A stretch of 14,659 bases of DNA from Deferrisomatales bacterium (lineage in GTDB: Bacteria > Desulfobacterota > Deferrisomatia > Deferrisomatales > JACRMM01). A program made the translations under genes and the position numbers. Shown here in pieces: positions 14,574 to 14,659 of this stretch. The stretch's first letter is position 1, and each line of letters starts with the position of its first letter. The notes below the pieces were generated by a model, which was not told where the DNA came from, ran no database searches, and worked only from the letters and a program-made list of their open reading frames with translations. Location of the stretch: positions 1 through 14,659 of the forward strand of contig JAWSUI010000080.1 in the NCBI GenBank assembly GCA_033551855.1, given 5' to 3'.

Positions 14574-14659
14574 GGAGGGTTTCCATGCCAGGACCAACGT
14601 CTAACCGGAAGTTCCTGAAAAATTCGTTCCTGAATCGAGGCGAACCCCCTGACATCCCA
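14508..14659 (+). mobile_element. Possible non-coding end of an insertion sequence (IS110-like) interrupting cas3
   Basis: Abrupt junction after the cas3 FQ codons, lower GC, nested complementary segments (GGGGGTT/AACCCCC, AATCCTTC/GGAGGGTT, CAGGA/TCCTG). No transposase is visible in the window. Confidence 0.35.

Overview
Very GC-rich bacterial window whose gene content suggests a deltaproteobacterium/Desulfobacterota-type host (inference). The left half is housekeeping: dprA (5'-truncated)-smg-topA on +, converging on a minus-strand maf-yggS-proC-yggT-divIVA-yggU operon with a near-consensus sigma70 promoter. A ~770-bp intergenic region holds two tandem, diverged, internally palindromic 212-bp repeats. 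The main finding follows. Two ORFs that the track lists separately (ending 7987 and starting 8054) are one gene, 7859-9244, read through an in-frame TGA in a C-G-U motif that is followed by a SECIS-like hairpin. It predicts an exported selenoprotein with a catalytically degenerate UshA/5'-nucleotidase-like domain fused to a four-heme c554-like cytochrome. Next come a minus-strand operon (methyltransferase, AI-2E transporter, hypothetical protein), a heptamer tandem repeat, a metallophosphoesterase, and a two-gene RsmB/NOP m5C methyltransferase plus PUA-like partner. At the right edge, a Cas3 HD-domain fragment sits behind a WYL-type palindromic promoter and breaks off into a structured non-coding segment that may be an IS110-type end.
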